Translations under genes and position numbers: made by a program
In this document: positions 26,211-34,394 of the stretch, piece by piece
Position numbering within the stretch: the first letter of the stretch is position 1
Layout of the letters: every line of letters starts with the position of its first letter
The notes under the pieces: generated by a model
The model's database searches: none
What the model was told of the DNA's origin: nothing
What the model saw: the letters and a program-made list of their open reading frames with translations, nothing else
Virus record (IMG/VR): IMGVR_UViG_3300025875_000037
Span: 1-52,886 of that record
Direction: 5' to 3' (one strand)
Length of the DNA: 52,886 bases
Source of the DNA: a virus
Taxonomy: Duplodnaviria; Caudoviricetes

Positions 26211-26893
26211 CCTCCCGCAAGAACACCTGTGTCGTCTGCGGGCTCAACCCGGCTGTTGGCTGGGCGTGGGTCAACGACGACCGCTACTGCCACCCGGACG
26301 AGGGACCGTCGTGCTACGCGGGCGAGGTCGCGCCTGCCTCCCCGGTCCCGGTAGCGGCCGGAGACGAGGGAGAGCGGGGAGGGGTGGTCGAGTGGCCCTA
26401 CGACGCCGAGAACGGCGAGTGGGCGCAGCGGTACCGCCTGCCCGTCGTGTCGAGCCCGTACCCCGGCTGGAAGTACCACGTCTGCCTGGCGGTGGCGGAC
26501 TGGCCCTGGCACCTCGTGCGTCCGTCGGAGGCTGAGGTCCGGGCACTCGCCGTCGCGCTGGACTACGCGCTCGACTACTACAACGCGCACTACCGAGCGT
26601 CGCTGCTGAGCAAGCCGTTCGACCTCGACGGTGGCACCAACACGCTCACGTTCGGCAAGCGACCCGACGGCGGCTGGTGCTACCGCCGCATGACCTGGCA
26701 GGTCGGCCCGATGCTCGTGCCGAGCTGGGACGCCGAGCCAGCCAGCCTGCTCGCGGTGCTCGATCGCGCGTTCGGCTTCGGGGACGATCCGAACCCGAGG
26801 TGGGAAGCGAAGAAGGCCGCCAACGCCGAAGTGCTCGCTGCGCCCGAGGTGACGCAGGTCTACCCCGCCTCCCCCTCGGAGCCGTCCTCGTGA
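26207..26893 (+). CDS. hypothetical protein
   Basis: overlap-coupled ORF. Confidence 0.6.
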   Translation: MTSRKNTCVVCGLNPAVGWAWVNDDRYCHPDEGPSCYAGEVAPASPVPVAAGDEGERGGVVEWPYDAENGEWAQRYRLPVVSSPYPGWKYHVCLAVADWPWHLVRPSEAEVRALAVALDYALDYYNAHYRASLLSKPFDLDGGTNTLTFGKRPDGGWCYRRMTWQVGPMLVPSWDAEPASLLAVLDRAFGFGDDPNPRWEAKKAANAEVLAAPEVTQVYPASPSEPSS

Positions 26894-27069
26894 CCGCCCT
26901 CGAGAGCAGGCAGGGTGCGCACGAGCGCGGCGAGTTCGTCCTCGGTCTGGGCTGGTCGTGCATCGACTGCGATTCGTTCGGCTGTCGGGTCGTCAACCCA
27001 GAGCCTGCCGACGCGCCGCTGAGACCGGACGTTCGGGCAAGACTCGCACGACTGCGGGCGCAGTCGTGA
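26890..27069 (+). CDS. hypothetical protein
   Basis: overlap-coupled ORF. Confidence 0.45.
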   Translation: MTALESRQGAHERGEFVLGLGWSCIDCDSFGCRVVNPEPADAPLRPDVRARLARLRAQS

Positions 27070-27139
27070 CCGCCCTCTTCGCTGGCCGAGGCCGAGGAAG
27101 CGGCGCGTCCGCCCCGGCCCATCAACACGGAGGTGTCAC

Positions 27140-27373
27140 GTGGCTGAGCAGACCCCCCGGGACAGCGGGGTGAACGCTGACAGCAAGGTGCTCGTGGAGC
27201 GCTACGTGCTGGAGTCGGTGCTCAAGACCGGCATACTGCTGACCAGCGATTCCGACGCGCTCCGGCGTGCTCTGCTCGGCACGCTGGACAAGCCCTACGT
27301 CGAGTCCGCCGCCCGGCTGCTGAATGACCTGGTGGGGCCACTCGCGCAGGCGATGCAGCGGGAGGGTCTGTGA
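27140..27373 (+). CDS. hypothetical protein
   Basis: GGAGG RBS. Confidence 0.55.
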   Translation: MAEQTPRDSGVNADSKVLVERYVLESVLKTGILLTSDSDALRRALLGTLDKPYVESAARLLNDLVGPLAQAMQREGL

Positions 27374-27771
27374 GTACCGGGGACAGTCTGCTGGCGCTGG
27401 TGGAGGCCGAGAAGGACGCGACACCCGGCCCGTGGGCATGCGAGGTGACAGAGGTCAACGACCTGCACGCAGGGTCGGTGACGATGCCGATGCTCGCTGG
27501 GCCGGACACGTACGGGCCGAGCCTCGCGGACACCCGGCTGATCGCCGCCTCCCGCAACCTCGCCCCTGCTCTCGCCGGGTTCGTCCTGTCGCTGTCCCCG
27601 GAAGACGAGGGGATGGTCGAGGGGCTCGTGAACGTGGTGATCAACAGCGACCTCGACGCGCTGGAGTCGCAGCACGAGGAGGTCGGCGCGGACGCGCACC
27701 GTCGCCGCATCCGCTCCGTCCTGTCCGCTCTGCGCGACTGGGCGGACGAGAAGATCGGGGAGGCGGGGTGA
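27370..27771 (+). CDS. Ead/Ea22-like hypothetical protein
   Basis: 'ATPGPW...ADTRLIAASRNLAPAL'. Confidence 0.55.
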   Translation: MSTGDSLLALVEAEKDATPGPWACEVTEVNDLHAGSVTMPMLAGPDTYGPSLADTRLIAASRNLAPALAGFVLSLSPEDEGMVEGLVNVVINSDLDALESQHEEVGADAHRRRIRSVLSALRDWADEKIGEAG

Positions 27772-28040
27772 GCAGCGTCAGGTTTGTCGGGATCAAGCAC
27801 GACTGCCCCTCGCCTCCACGTACGGGGCTGGAGGGCGGCAGTGGCCTTCGAGCGGGTCGAGTGCTGGCGAAGTGGCGATGCCCCGCCTGCCGTCAGCGGT
27901 GGGTGCTTGAGGTCGAGCAGCAGTGCTGGGGCGGTTACAACCGGCGTGAGGCCCGTTGGCTCATGCATGGGGAGCCGTCGTGGCGGTGGCGACGGGCCGA
28001 GCGAAAGCGGCTCGCAGCGGCGATTGGGGAGGCAGGGTGA
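27768..28040 (+). CDS. hypothetical protein
   Basis: flanked by 21-bp junction repeats. Confidence 0.5.
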   Translation: MSSVRFVGIKHDCPSPPRTGLEGGSGLRAGRVLAKWRCPACRQRWVLEVEQQCWGGYNRREARWLMHGEPSWRWRRAERKRLAAAIGEAG

Positions 28041-28204
28041 GCGTGCGAGACGAACTGTTCGCGGCACTGCAGGACGAGCGGCTGAGCGAGCCGGAGAGCT
28101 TCGCGTGGCCGGGATCGGCGCCGTGGGACGAGCGTCCGAGGTTCGCCCTCGACGCGGACGTGACGGTCTACTGGCCCGCCGTGCGCCCATGTTGGGAGCC
28201 GTGA
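28037..28204 (+). CDS. hypothetical protein
   Basis: overlap-coupled ORF. Confidence 0.45.
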   Translation: MSVRDELFAALQDERLSEPESFAWPGSAPWDERPRFALDADVTVYWPAVRPCWEP

Positions 28205-28362
28205 TGCGCCGGCCACAGCGCTACGTCGTCACGGAGGCAGCCCGCTCGCTGGTGCTCCTGCTCGCCCTCGCCTGGGGCGTGTGGGGCGCCACCACCCACG
28301 ACGCCTACCGCCTCACGCTGGCTTGCTTCCTCCTGCTGTGCGTGATCGTCTTCAGGCCGTAG
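28201..28362 (+). CDS. small membrane protein
   Basis: two hydrophobic segments. Confidence 0.5.
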   Translation: MMRRPQRYVVTEAARSLVLLLALAWGVWGATTHDAYRLTLACFLLLCVIVFRP

Positions 28363-28417
28363 GCTGTCCCTGACCATCGACCGCGCGCCCGCGGACCTCT
28401 GACCAGGGGAGTAATGA

Positions 28418-28612
28418 GTGAGTGACGTAGACGCCCGTAACGAGACAGCCGAGCTGAGCGACGCCGAGTGCCAGGCGTACCTGGACGTGCTGGCGTTCGA
28501 CAGTCTGCTGCTTTCCAGCGAGCAGTGGACCTGGGAGTTCGCCCGCGGGCTCCAGTCCCTGACTCCGCTCAGTTGGGTCCGGCGCACCCTTGCCAGGCGG
28601 GCCGCCCGATGA
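28418..28612 (+). CDS. hypothetical protein
   Basis: ORF with GGGAG upstream. Confidence 0.5.
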   Translation: MSDVDARNETAELSDAECQAYLDVLAFDSLLLSSEQWTWEFARGLQSLTPLSWVRRTLARRAAR

Positions 28613-28998
28613 CCCGCGACATGGACCTCAAGCGCCAGCGCGACCGGGAGCGCCACCAGCGGCTACGGGACGCCGGTCTCCGTAAGCCGGAGGGCATGGC
28701 ACCTGAGCAGGTCGAGCGACGCCGCGAGCGGTTCGCCCGCGCGCAGCAGTGGCGGACGTTCATGGCCCGCTACCGGCGGATGTGCGCCGACCCGGGCCTG
28801 GCGGTCGCCGGCATCGCTTACCTGGACCGGACCGAGCCGGGCTGGAGGGATGAGGCGGTGACGTTCGACCGCTACCCGCACTGCGCGCACTGCCGTCAGG
28901 TGGAGCCGAGAGGCTGCCCGGAGGAGCGTCAGGGTGCGTCGCACACGGTGCCGTGTCCTGAGCGCGCCTGCCCTGGTGCGAGCAGGGCCATCCGATGA
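28609..28998 (+). CDS. hypothetical protein
   Basis: ATGA overlaps. Confidence 0.55.
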   Translation: MTRDMDLKRQRDRERHQRLRDAGLRKPEGMAPEQVERRRERFARAQQWRTFMARYRRMCADPGLAVAGIAYLDRTEPGWRDEAVTFDRYPHCAHCRQVEPRGCPEERQGASHTVPCPERACPGASRAIR

Positions 28999-29486
28999 CC
29001 GTCCCCGGCAGTGACCACCCGGTCCCGATGCGACTGGAGGAGCTGGCGAACGAACGCGAGGCGCTGGACCTCCGCTCGGCCGGCATGTCGTACCGCGAGA
29101 TCGGCGCCTACCAGGGCGTCAGCGGGCAGTCCGCGCACCGCCGGGTGACCGCCGCCATCAAGGCTCACATCCCGAAGGAGCAGGCCGAGGAGCAGCGGGC
29201 GATCTGGGCGGACCGGACTGACCTCGCCGTCAAGGAGGTGTTCGCCGTCATGGTGAAGGCCCGCGAGGCAGGCGACCTGGACATGGTGCTGAAGGCGACG
29301 GCGCACCTGGTCCGACTGGGGGAGCGGGCGGCCAAGCTGTACGGCTTCGACAAGCCGGTGCAGGCGCACGTCACGGTGACGACGCAGGACCAGACGGACG
29401 CGGCACTGCTGGAGCTGCTGGATCAGATGATCGGCAACGACCCGAAGGGCAACGTGGACAGTCCGTCAGACAACCGTCTACGCTAA
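28995..29486 (+). CDS. terminase small subunit (putative)
   Basis: HTH 'ALDLRSAGMSYREIG'; 'ERAAKLYGFDKP'; upstream of TerL. Confidence 0.7.
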   Translation: MTVPGSDHPVPMRLEELANEREALDLRSAGMSYREIGAYQGVSGQSAHRRVTAAIKAHIPKEQAEEQRAIWADRTDLAVKEVFAVMVKAREAGDLDMVLKATAHLVRLGERAAKLYGFDKPVQAHVTVTTQDQTDAALLELLDQMIGNDPKGNVDSPSDNRLR

Positions 29487-29490
29487 GGTC

Positions 29491-29676
29491 ATGCCGAGAG
29501 AGACCATCCTGAGCATCCGCATCAACGACGGCGGACGCGACCAGATCGACCAGATCGCCAAGGACACAGGGACCGACAGGAGCAAGGTTGGCCGCGCCCT
29601 CATGGCCGAGGCGCTCGCCCGCCCGGCCATCGTCAGCGCGGTCCGCGGTCGGCTCAAGCAGGAGGATGACTTGTGA
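29491..29676 (+). CDS. ribbon-helix-helix-like regulator, probably leaderless
   Basis: 'ILSIRI...IDQIAKDTGTDRSKVGRALM'; TACGCT 6 nt before ATG. Confidence 0.6.
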   Translation: MPRETILSIRINDGGRDQIDQIAKDTGTDRSKVGRALMAEALARPAIVSAVRGRLKQEDDL

Positions 29677-30737
29677 GAATCCGTGACCTGTTCGCCGGCC
29701 CGGCCGGATGGGACGAGGGCGCCGCCAGCCTCGGCCTGCACGACATCCTCGGTATCGAGTGGGACCCCGACGCCTGCGCCACAGCCGAAGCCGCCGGACA
29801 CGCACGCGCTGGGCGGACCGTCACGGTCCGCACTGGCAAGCGAGATAAGCGGGTCCGCGAGGGCGCAGATGTGGCGCTGCTCGACCCGTACGAGACTTGC
29901 GGGCCCGATCTGGACGGTCTGATCGCATCGCCGCCGTGTCAGGGGTTCAGCATGGCGGGCAAAGGGCTGGGCAGGCGGGACAGCGCCCGCATCATCCGCG
30001 CCGTGGGCGACCTCGCCGCAGGACGCGACTGCCTGCCCGAGCTGCGCGGGCACATCAAGGACCCGCGATCCGCGCTCGCGCTGGAACCGCTGCGCTGGGC
30101 GCTCGCCGTCGAGCCGGACTGGACCTGCTGGGAGCAGGTGCCCGCCGTCCTGCCGCTGTGGGAGGCGTGCGCCGAGGCGCTGCGTGCGGACGGCTACAGC
30201 GTCTGGACCGGCGACGTGCAGGCCGAGCAGTACGGCGTGCCGCAGACGCGCAAGCGCGCTGTCCTCATCGCCTCCCGCTACCGGCAGGTCGGCCGGCCGG
30301 TGCCTACGCACTCGCGCTACCACTCACGCACCCCCGACAAGCTCGACCCGGGCGTGCAGAAGTGGGTCAGCATAGCCGACGCGCTGCCTTACGTAAGCGG
30401 CTACTTCCGCACTGACGACCAGGACCGTGCGTCCGCACGTCCCGTCGCCAACGCGCCAGCCGCGACGATCAAGGGTGGCAACGGTGGCGGGTCCTGCCTT
30501 GAGGTCGGTTTCGTCAAGGAACCGGGGCATCGCGTGAGTGCTTCCAGTGCGGCCCGCAAGGGCGGGCCGCAGGGCAGGAGGGCCACTATCCGCGAGGTAG
30601 GCCTGCTACAGGCCTTCCCGGCCGATTACCCATGGCAGGGCAGCAAGACGGCGCAGTACCGGCAGGTCGGCGACGCCGTACCGCCGCTGCTGGCCGCGCA
30701 CGTGCTGGCAGAGGCGACGGGCTACGCCCTTCCGTGA
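29673..30737 (+). CDS. DNA cytosine-5 methyltransferase
   Basis: 'DLFAGPAG', 'SPPCQGFS', 'WEQV', 'PQTRKR', 'QVGDAVPP'. Confidence 0.9.
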   Translation: MRIRDLFAGPAGWDEGAASLGLHDILGIEWDPDACATAEAAGHARAGRTVTVRTGKRDKRVREGADVALLDPYETCGPDLDGLIASPPCQGFSMAGKGLGRRDSARIIRAVGDLAAGRDCLPELRGHIKDPRSALALEPLRWALAVEPDWTCWEQVPAVLPLWEACAEALRADGYSVWTGDVQAEQYGVPQTRKRAVLIASRYRQVGRPVPTHSRYHSRTPDKLDPGVQKWVSIADALPYVSGYFRTDDQDRASARPVANAPAATIKGGNGGGSCLEVGFVKEPGHRVSASSAARKGGPQGRRATIREVGLLQAFPADYPWQGSKTAQYRQVGDAVPPLLAAHVLAEATGYALP

Positions 30738-32293
30738 CCCCTGCCGAACGCCTGGCCGCCCTGTCCCCCGGCGACCGCGCCCGCCTGCTGGAGCTCGCTC
30801 GCGCCCGCAAGGCCGAGCGGGACCGCGAGAGCCGCTGGCCGACAGCCGGCGCAATGGCGGCAGACCTGACTGGCGGCCGGGAGGCGCAGCGGGCGCACCT
30901 GGACCTGATCGACGGGGCGCTCGCTGACGTGCTGCATGGGCGGCACGACCGGGTGATGCTGCTGGCGCCGCCTCAGGTCGGGAAAAGTCGCCGAGTAGCG
31001 GAGTGGGGTCCGCTCTACATGCTGGCCCACCGACCGGAGTGGCGCATCGGCGTCGCCTCCTTCGCCGCCACCCTCGCCCGCAAGCGGTCCCGCTTTGTTC
31101 GTAATGCAATCCGTGACCACCCGGAGACGGGCCTGGTGCTGGCGGGCGACAGCGCCGCGGTCGACATGTGGGACCTCGACAAGCACGAGGGCGGGATGCT
31201 GGCGGTTGGTGTCGGCGGTGGCGTCACGGGCCGGTCGCTGCACGTGGGCATCATTGACGATCCACTGGCAGGGCGGGCAGCGGCGCAGTCGGACACCATC
31301 TGCGACAAGACGTACGACTGGTACCGGGACGACTTCGAGACTCGCCTTCAGGACGTCGGCGGCATAGTGCTTATGCAGACCCGCTGGTCGGAAAAGGATC
31401 TTGCTGGGCGACTGCTGAGTGAGGAGGGCGACCGATGGAAGGTGCTGACCATGCCCGCGCTCGCGGAGGACCACAGACCGCTCCGTGACGCCTCTGGTGC
31501 CGTCGTGGGTCCCTGCGCATGCGGCAGGCCGCTGGACGAGCCACACGACCCGCTAGGCCGCGCGCCAGGCGCCCCGCTGCCTCACCCAAAGCTCGACCCG
31601 GAGGTCTACCGAGAACGGGCGCTGCGCACGCAAATCCAGAACCCGCGGACGTTCGCCAGCCTGCTCCAGCAGCGACCGAGCCCGGATGAGGGCGACATCT
31701 TCCTGCGGTCGTGGTGGCGCTACTGGGCGGGCCTGCGCTGGCAGTCCGACGCGGGCGGCAGGCGCACGGTCGACGCCGGCTCGACGCTCATCACGTCGTG
31801 GGACATGGCGTTCAAGGACACGAGCAGCTCCGACTTCGTGGTCGGGCAGGTGTGGGAGCGGTCAGGCGCAGACGTCTACCTGCTCGATCAGGTCCGCGAC
31901 CGCATGTCGTTCACAGCGACGGTCGCGGCGTTCCGTCAGCTCGCAGCCCGCTGGCCGCAGGCGACGCATCTGGTGGAGGAGAAGGCGAACGGCGCGGCGG
32001 TGATTGACAGTCTGCGGGCGCAGGTGCCGGGGATCGTGCCGGTCACCCCGACCGAGTCCAAGGAGTCACGGGCGGTGGCGGTGTCGCCGTACATCGAGGC
32101 GGGAAATGTGCACCTGCCTGACGGGCAGCCGTGGGTCCTCGGCTTCGTGGAGGAGGCGGCCGGCTTCCCGAACGGCGCCCACGACGACCAGGTGGACGCG
32201 ATGACGCAGGCGCTGGCCCGGCTGTTCCTCGGGTCGGCGGGCCGCATGCAGACCGGGCAGGTCCGGGATCGGCGCTTGCGCGGCAGGCGATGA
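30734..32293 (+). CDS. terminase large subunit
   Basis: Walker A 'APPQVGKS', 'GIIDDP', 'MQTRW', nuclease 'SWDMAFK...HDDQVDAMTQA'. Confidence 0.93.
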   Translation: MTPAERLAALSPGDRARLLELARARKAERDRESRWPTAGAMAADLTGGREAQRAHLDLIDGALADVLHGRHDRVMLLAPPQVGKSRRVAEWGPLYMLAHRPEWRIGVASFAATLARKRSRFVRNAIRDHPETGLVLAGDSAAVDMWDLDKHEGGMLAVGVGGGVTGRSLHVGIIDDPLAGRAAAQSDTICDKTYDWYRDDFETRLQDVGGIVLMQTRWSEKDLAGRLLSEEGDRWKVLTMPALAEDHRPLRDASGAVVGPCACGRPLDEPHDPLGRAPGAPLPHPKLDPEVYRERALRTQIQNPRTFASLLQQRPSPDEGDIFLRSWWRYWAGLRWQSDAGGRRTVDAGSTLITSWDMAFKDTSSSDFVVGQVWERSGADVYLLDQVRDRMSFTATVAAFRQLAARWPQATHLVEEKANGAAVIDSLRAQVPGIVPVTPTESKESRAVAVSPYIEAGNVHLPDGQPWVLGFVEEAAGFPNGAHDDQVDAMTQALARLFLGSAGRMQTGQVRDRRLRGRR

Positions 32294-32332
32294 GGCGCTA
32301 GGGTCGGGCTACACCAACCAGACCCCTGGAGG
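32276..32332 (+). promoter_or_regulatory. promoter/RBS cassette copy 6
   Basis: TTGCGC-N17-TAGGGT-cgggc-TACA, CCTGGAGG (32325), ATG 32340. Confidence 0.75.
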
Positions 32333-32339
32333 GGGCAGC

Positions 32340-32606
32340 ATGGCAGACAAGATCATGAACGGCGGCACTATGCCGGTCGAGGTGGTCCTGGTCAATCAGG
32401 TCGTGGCCAACCGCGACTACCGCAAGGTGATGGTGACCCTACTGACCAGCGCGGCGGTCCTGCTGCTCGGCGGTGCGGGCCTCATGTGGCTGGCGCCGCT
32501 GCTCGGCGATACGTTCGGCATCCCGCGCCGGGCCGTCGGTCTGACGCGGCTCGTGCACCGCAGCGCTTTCGCCTCGCTCAACTCACGGTCCCGGTACGCC
32601 CAGTGA
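32340..32606 (+). CDS. hypothetical membrane protein
   Basis: cassette RBS; one TM-like segment. Confidence 0.55.
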   Translation: MADKIMNGGTMPVEVVLVNQVVANRDYRKVMVTLLTSAAVLLLGGAGLMWLAPLLGDTFGIPRRAVGLTRLVHRSAFASLNSRSRYAQ

Positions 32607-32764
32607 CCCCCTCCCGGATCAACCAGGCCCGCCGAGCCCTGTTCCTGGCAAACCGCACCCTGGGGGACGTCAACGCCATCAAGCGCGGCCGGATCGGCCA
32701 GCGGGTCACCAACAGGGTGCTCGGGCGGGTCGCGTCCGGTCTGATGCGGGGGCTGTGGAGGTGA
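32603..32764 (+). CDS. small basic protein
   Basis: 'RTLGDVNAIKRGRIGQRVTNRVLGR'. Confidence 0.55.
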   Translation: MTPSRINQARRALFLANRTLGDVNAIKRGRIGQRVTNRVLGRVASGLMRGLWR

Positions 32765-33099
32765 GCGCCGTAGACGTAGAGCGCGGACGAGTGCTCGACA
32801 CGATCGACGCGACCATTGACCGCGCCTATGCCGAGGCGCGGTACGACAGCGACTACGGGGCGATGGAACTGCTCGGGCGTGTAGCTGAGACCAGCGCCAG
32901 CCTGCGCGTTCCGAGCACGCCGGGTGTACCGCTCGCGGAGTGGCTGGTCAGCGACGAGGTGGTCAAGGCGGCAGCACAGTCACTCGCGGACGAGTTCTAC
33001 GAGCCTGGCGCCAGCCCCGCCCCATCGGACCACCGAGCCGCGCACGCCGTCCTCGCTGCTGTCGCCGCTCTCCTGCCTGCTGGTGTGGAGGCGTCGTGA
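32761..33099 (+). CDS. hypothetical protein
   Basis: overlap-coupled ORF. Confidence 0.55.
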   Translation: MSAVDVERGRVLDTIDATIDRAYAEARYDSDYGAMELLGRVAETSASLRVPSTPGVPLAEWLVSDEVVKAAAQSLADEFYEPGASPAPSDHRAAHAVLAAVAALLPAGVEAS

Positions 33100-33440
33100 C
33101 GCTGGCTGAGTTCCTGCTCGCTCGGATCGCCGAGGACGAGGCAGCGGTTCGGGCCACTGGCTACTTCACGGGCAAGGGCGAAGAGTGGTGGGGGGAGGAC
33201 TGGTACGCAGCGTGCGGGCGTGAGATAACAGCGCACCTCGTCCGATGGGAGCCGCCCCGCGTGCTGGCTGAATGCGAGGCGCAGCGGCGACTTGTAGAGT
33301 CGGCGACCTATTGGCAAGGATTGGGGGGCGCGCCGGACAGTCATGGAGATGGGCGGGCGACGGGGTTTATGAACGCACTACGTCTGCTCGCCCTGCCACA
33401 CGCCGACCACCCGGACTACCGCGACGAGTGGCGTCCCTGA
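33096..33440 (+). CDS. DUF6221-like protein
   Basis: 'LAEFLLARIAEDE...PRVLAECEA...LALPHADHPDYRDEWRP'. Confidence 0.75.
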   Translation: MTLAEFLLARIAEDEAAVRATGYFTGKGEEWWGEDWYAACGREITAHLVRWEPPRVLAECEAQRRLVESATYWQGLGGAPDSHGDGRATGFMNALRLLALPHADHPDYRDEWRP

Positions 33441-33452
33441 CCGGAGGCTGGC

Positions 33453-33626
33453 ATGGACTGGTGGGCATGGCTGCTGCTCGGCTACCTGGCGAGCCTTGCG
33501 GCGTTCGTCGCTGTCTGGTCCCGTGCCGGCCGGGTGCTGCGGTCGCACCGGCCGATGCCTGACCTGGACGACCGAGCCGACAGCGGCTATGATCCGGCTA
33601 CATCGAGGCCCCTGGAGGAGCCATGA
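33453..33626 (+). CDS. small membrane protein
   Basis: read manually; GGAGG RBS; N-terminal TM segment. Confidence 0.45.
   Translation: MDWWAWLLLGYLASLAAFVAVWSRAGRVLRSHRPMPDLDDRADSGYDPATSRPLEEP
33565..33618 (+). promoter_or_regulatory. promoter/RBS cassette copy 7
   Basis: TGGACG-N17-TATGAT-ccggc-TACA, CCTGGAGG (33611), ATG 33623. Confidence 0.7.
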
Positions 33627-33814
33627 GCACCACGCAGAACAGCGGCAACGGGATCGGCTTCACCGGTCTGCTGACCGTCGTCTTCATCGTTCTCAAGCTC
33701 ACGCACGTCATCGACTGGTCGTGGTGGTGGGTTCTGTCCCCGGTCTGGATCAGCGCGCTCGTGGCGCTTGTGGTCGGCGGCCTGATCCTCCTCATCGCTG
33801 GGCGGCGTTGGTGA
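33623..33814 (+). CDS. small membrane protein of a widespread phage type
   Basis: 'GIGFTGLLTVVFIVLKLTHVIDWSWWWVLSPVWI'. Confidence 0.75.
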   Translation: MSTTQNSGNGIGFTGLLTVVFIVLKLTHVIDWSWWWVLSPVWISALVALVVGGLILLIAGRRW

Positions 33815-34053
33815 CGCGCAAGGTCAAGTCGGAGGCGGAACGCGCGCAGGAGGAGCTCGACGTGGCGACACGGCGCGCTAAGGCGGCGTGGAAGCGGTGG
33901 GGCAACGCGGCCGGCGTCGCGGCTGCGGCTCAGGCCGAGTGGGAGCGGTTGGATGGCGTGCGTCAGTTCCGCGCTGCTCACCCCGCCCTGCGCGAGCCGG
34001 AATCCGATCTTGACGCCGTCATGGATGCGGTCACCTCGGGCGGACCGTCGTGA
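33811..34053 (+). CDS. hypothetical coiled-coil protein
   Basis: overlap-coupled ORF. Confidence 0.55.
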   Translation: MTRKVKSEAERAQEELDVATRRAKAAWKRWGNAAGVAAAAQAEWERLDGVRQFRAAHPALREPESDLDAVMDAVTSGGPS

Positions 34054-34370
34054 CCGCCTCCGATGCGCTGGCTGCCCTCATGGCCCCCGGTCCGGTCCCG
34101 GGTAGCGTCAAGCCGTGCGGCTGTCACATCCGCCGACCGGAGGGCACGGACCCGTACCTGACGGTGCTGTGCGACGAGCATGAGGCTGAGATGGGGGACG
34201 TGCTGCGGGCGATGGGCACTCAGACCGCCACCATGCATGCGTGCGGTCACGTCGCCGTTTACCCGGGCTGCGGAGGTTGCGACGAAGGCGCGGAGTGGCG
34301 CTTTGACGCGGAGGGGCTACTCACTCCCGGAGTGGACCTGCGTCGACGCTTCGCCCGCCCCGTACGCTAA
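34050..34370 (+). CDS. hypothetical Cys-rich protein
   Basis: overlap-coupled ORF. Confidence 0.55.
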   Translation: MTASDALAALMAPGPVPGSVKPCGCHIRRPEGTDPYLTVLCDEHEAEMGDVLRAMGTQTATMHACGHVAVYPGCGGCDEGAEWRFDAEGLLTPGVDLRRRFARPVR

Positions 34371-34394
34371 GCCCCAACCGACACGGGAGGGCCA

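Noticed and set aside
25662-27077. Junction repeats read as a CRISPR array or integron attC sites
   Set aside because: Spacing is gene-length and irregular, repeats are short and not attC-like palindromes, and there is no cas or integron integrase gene.
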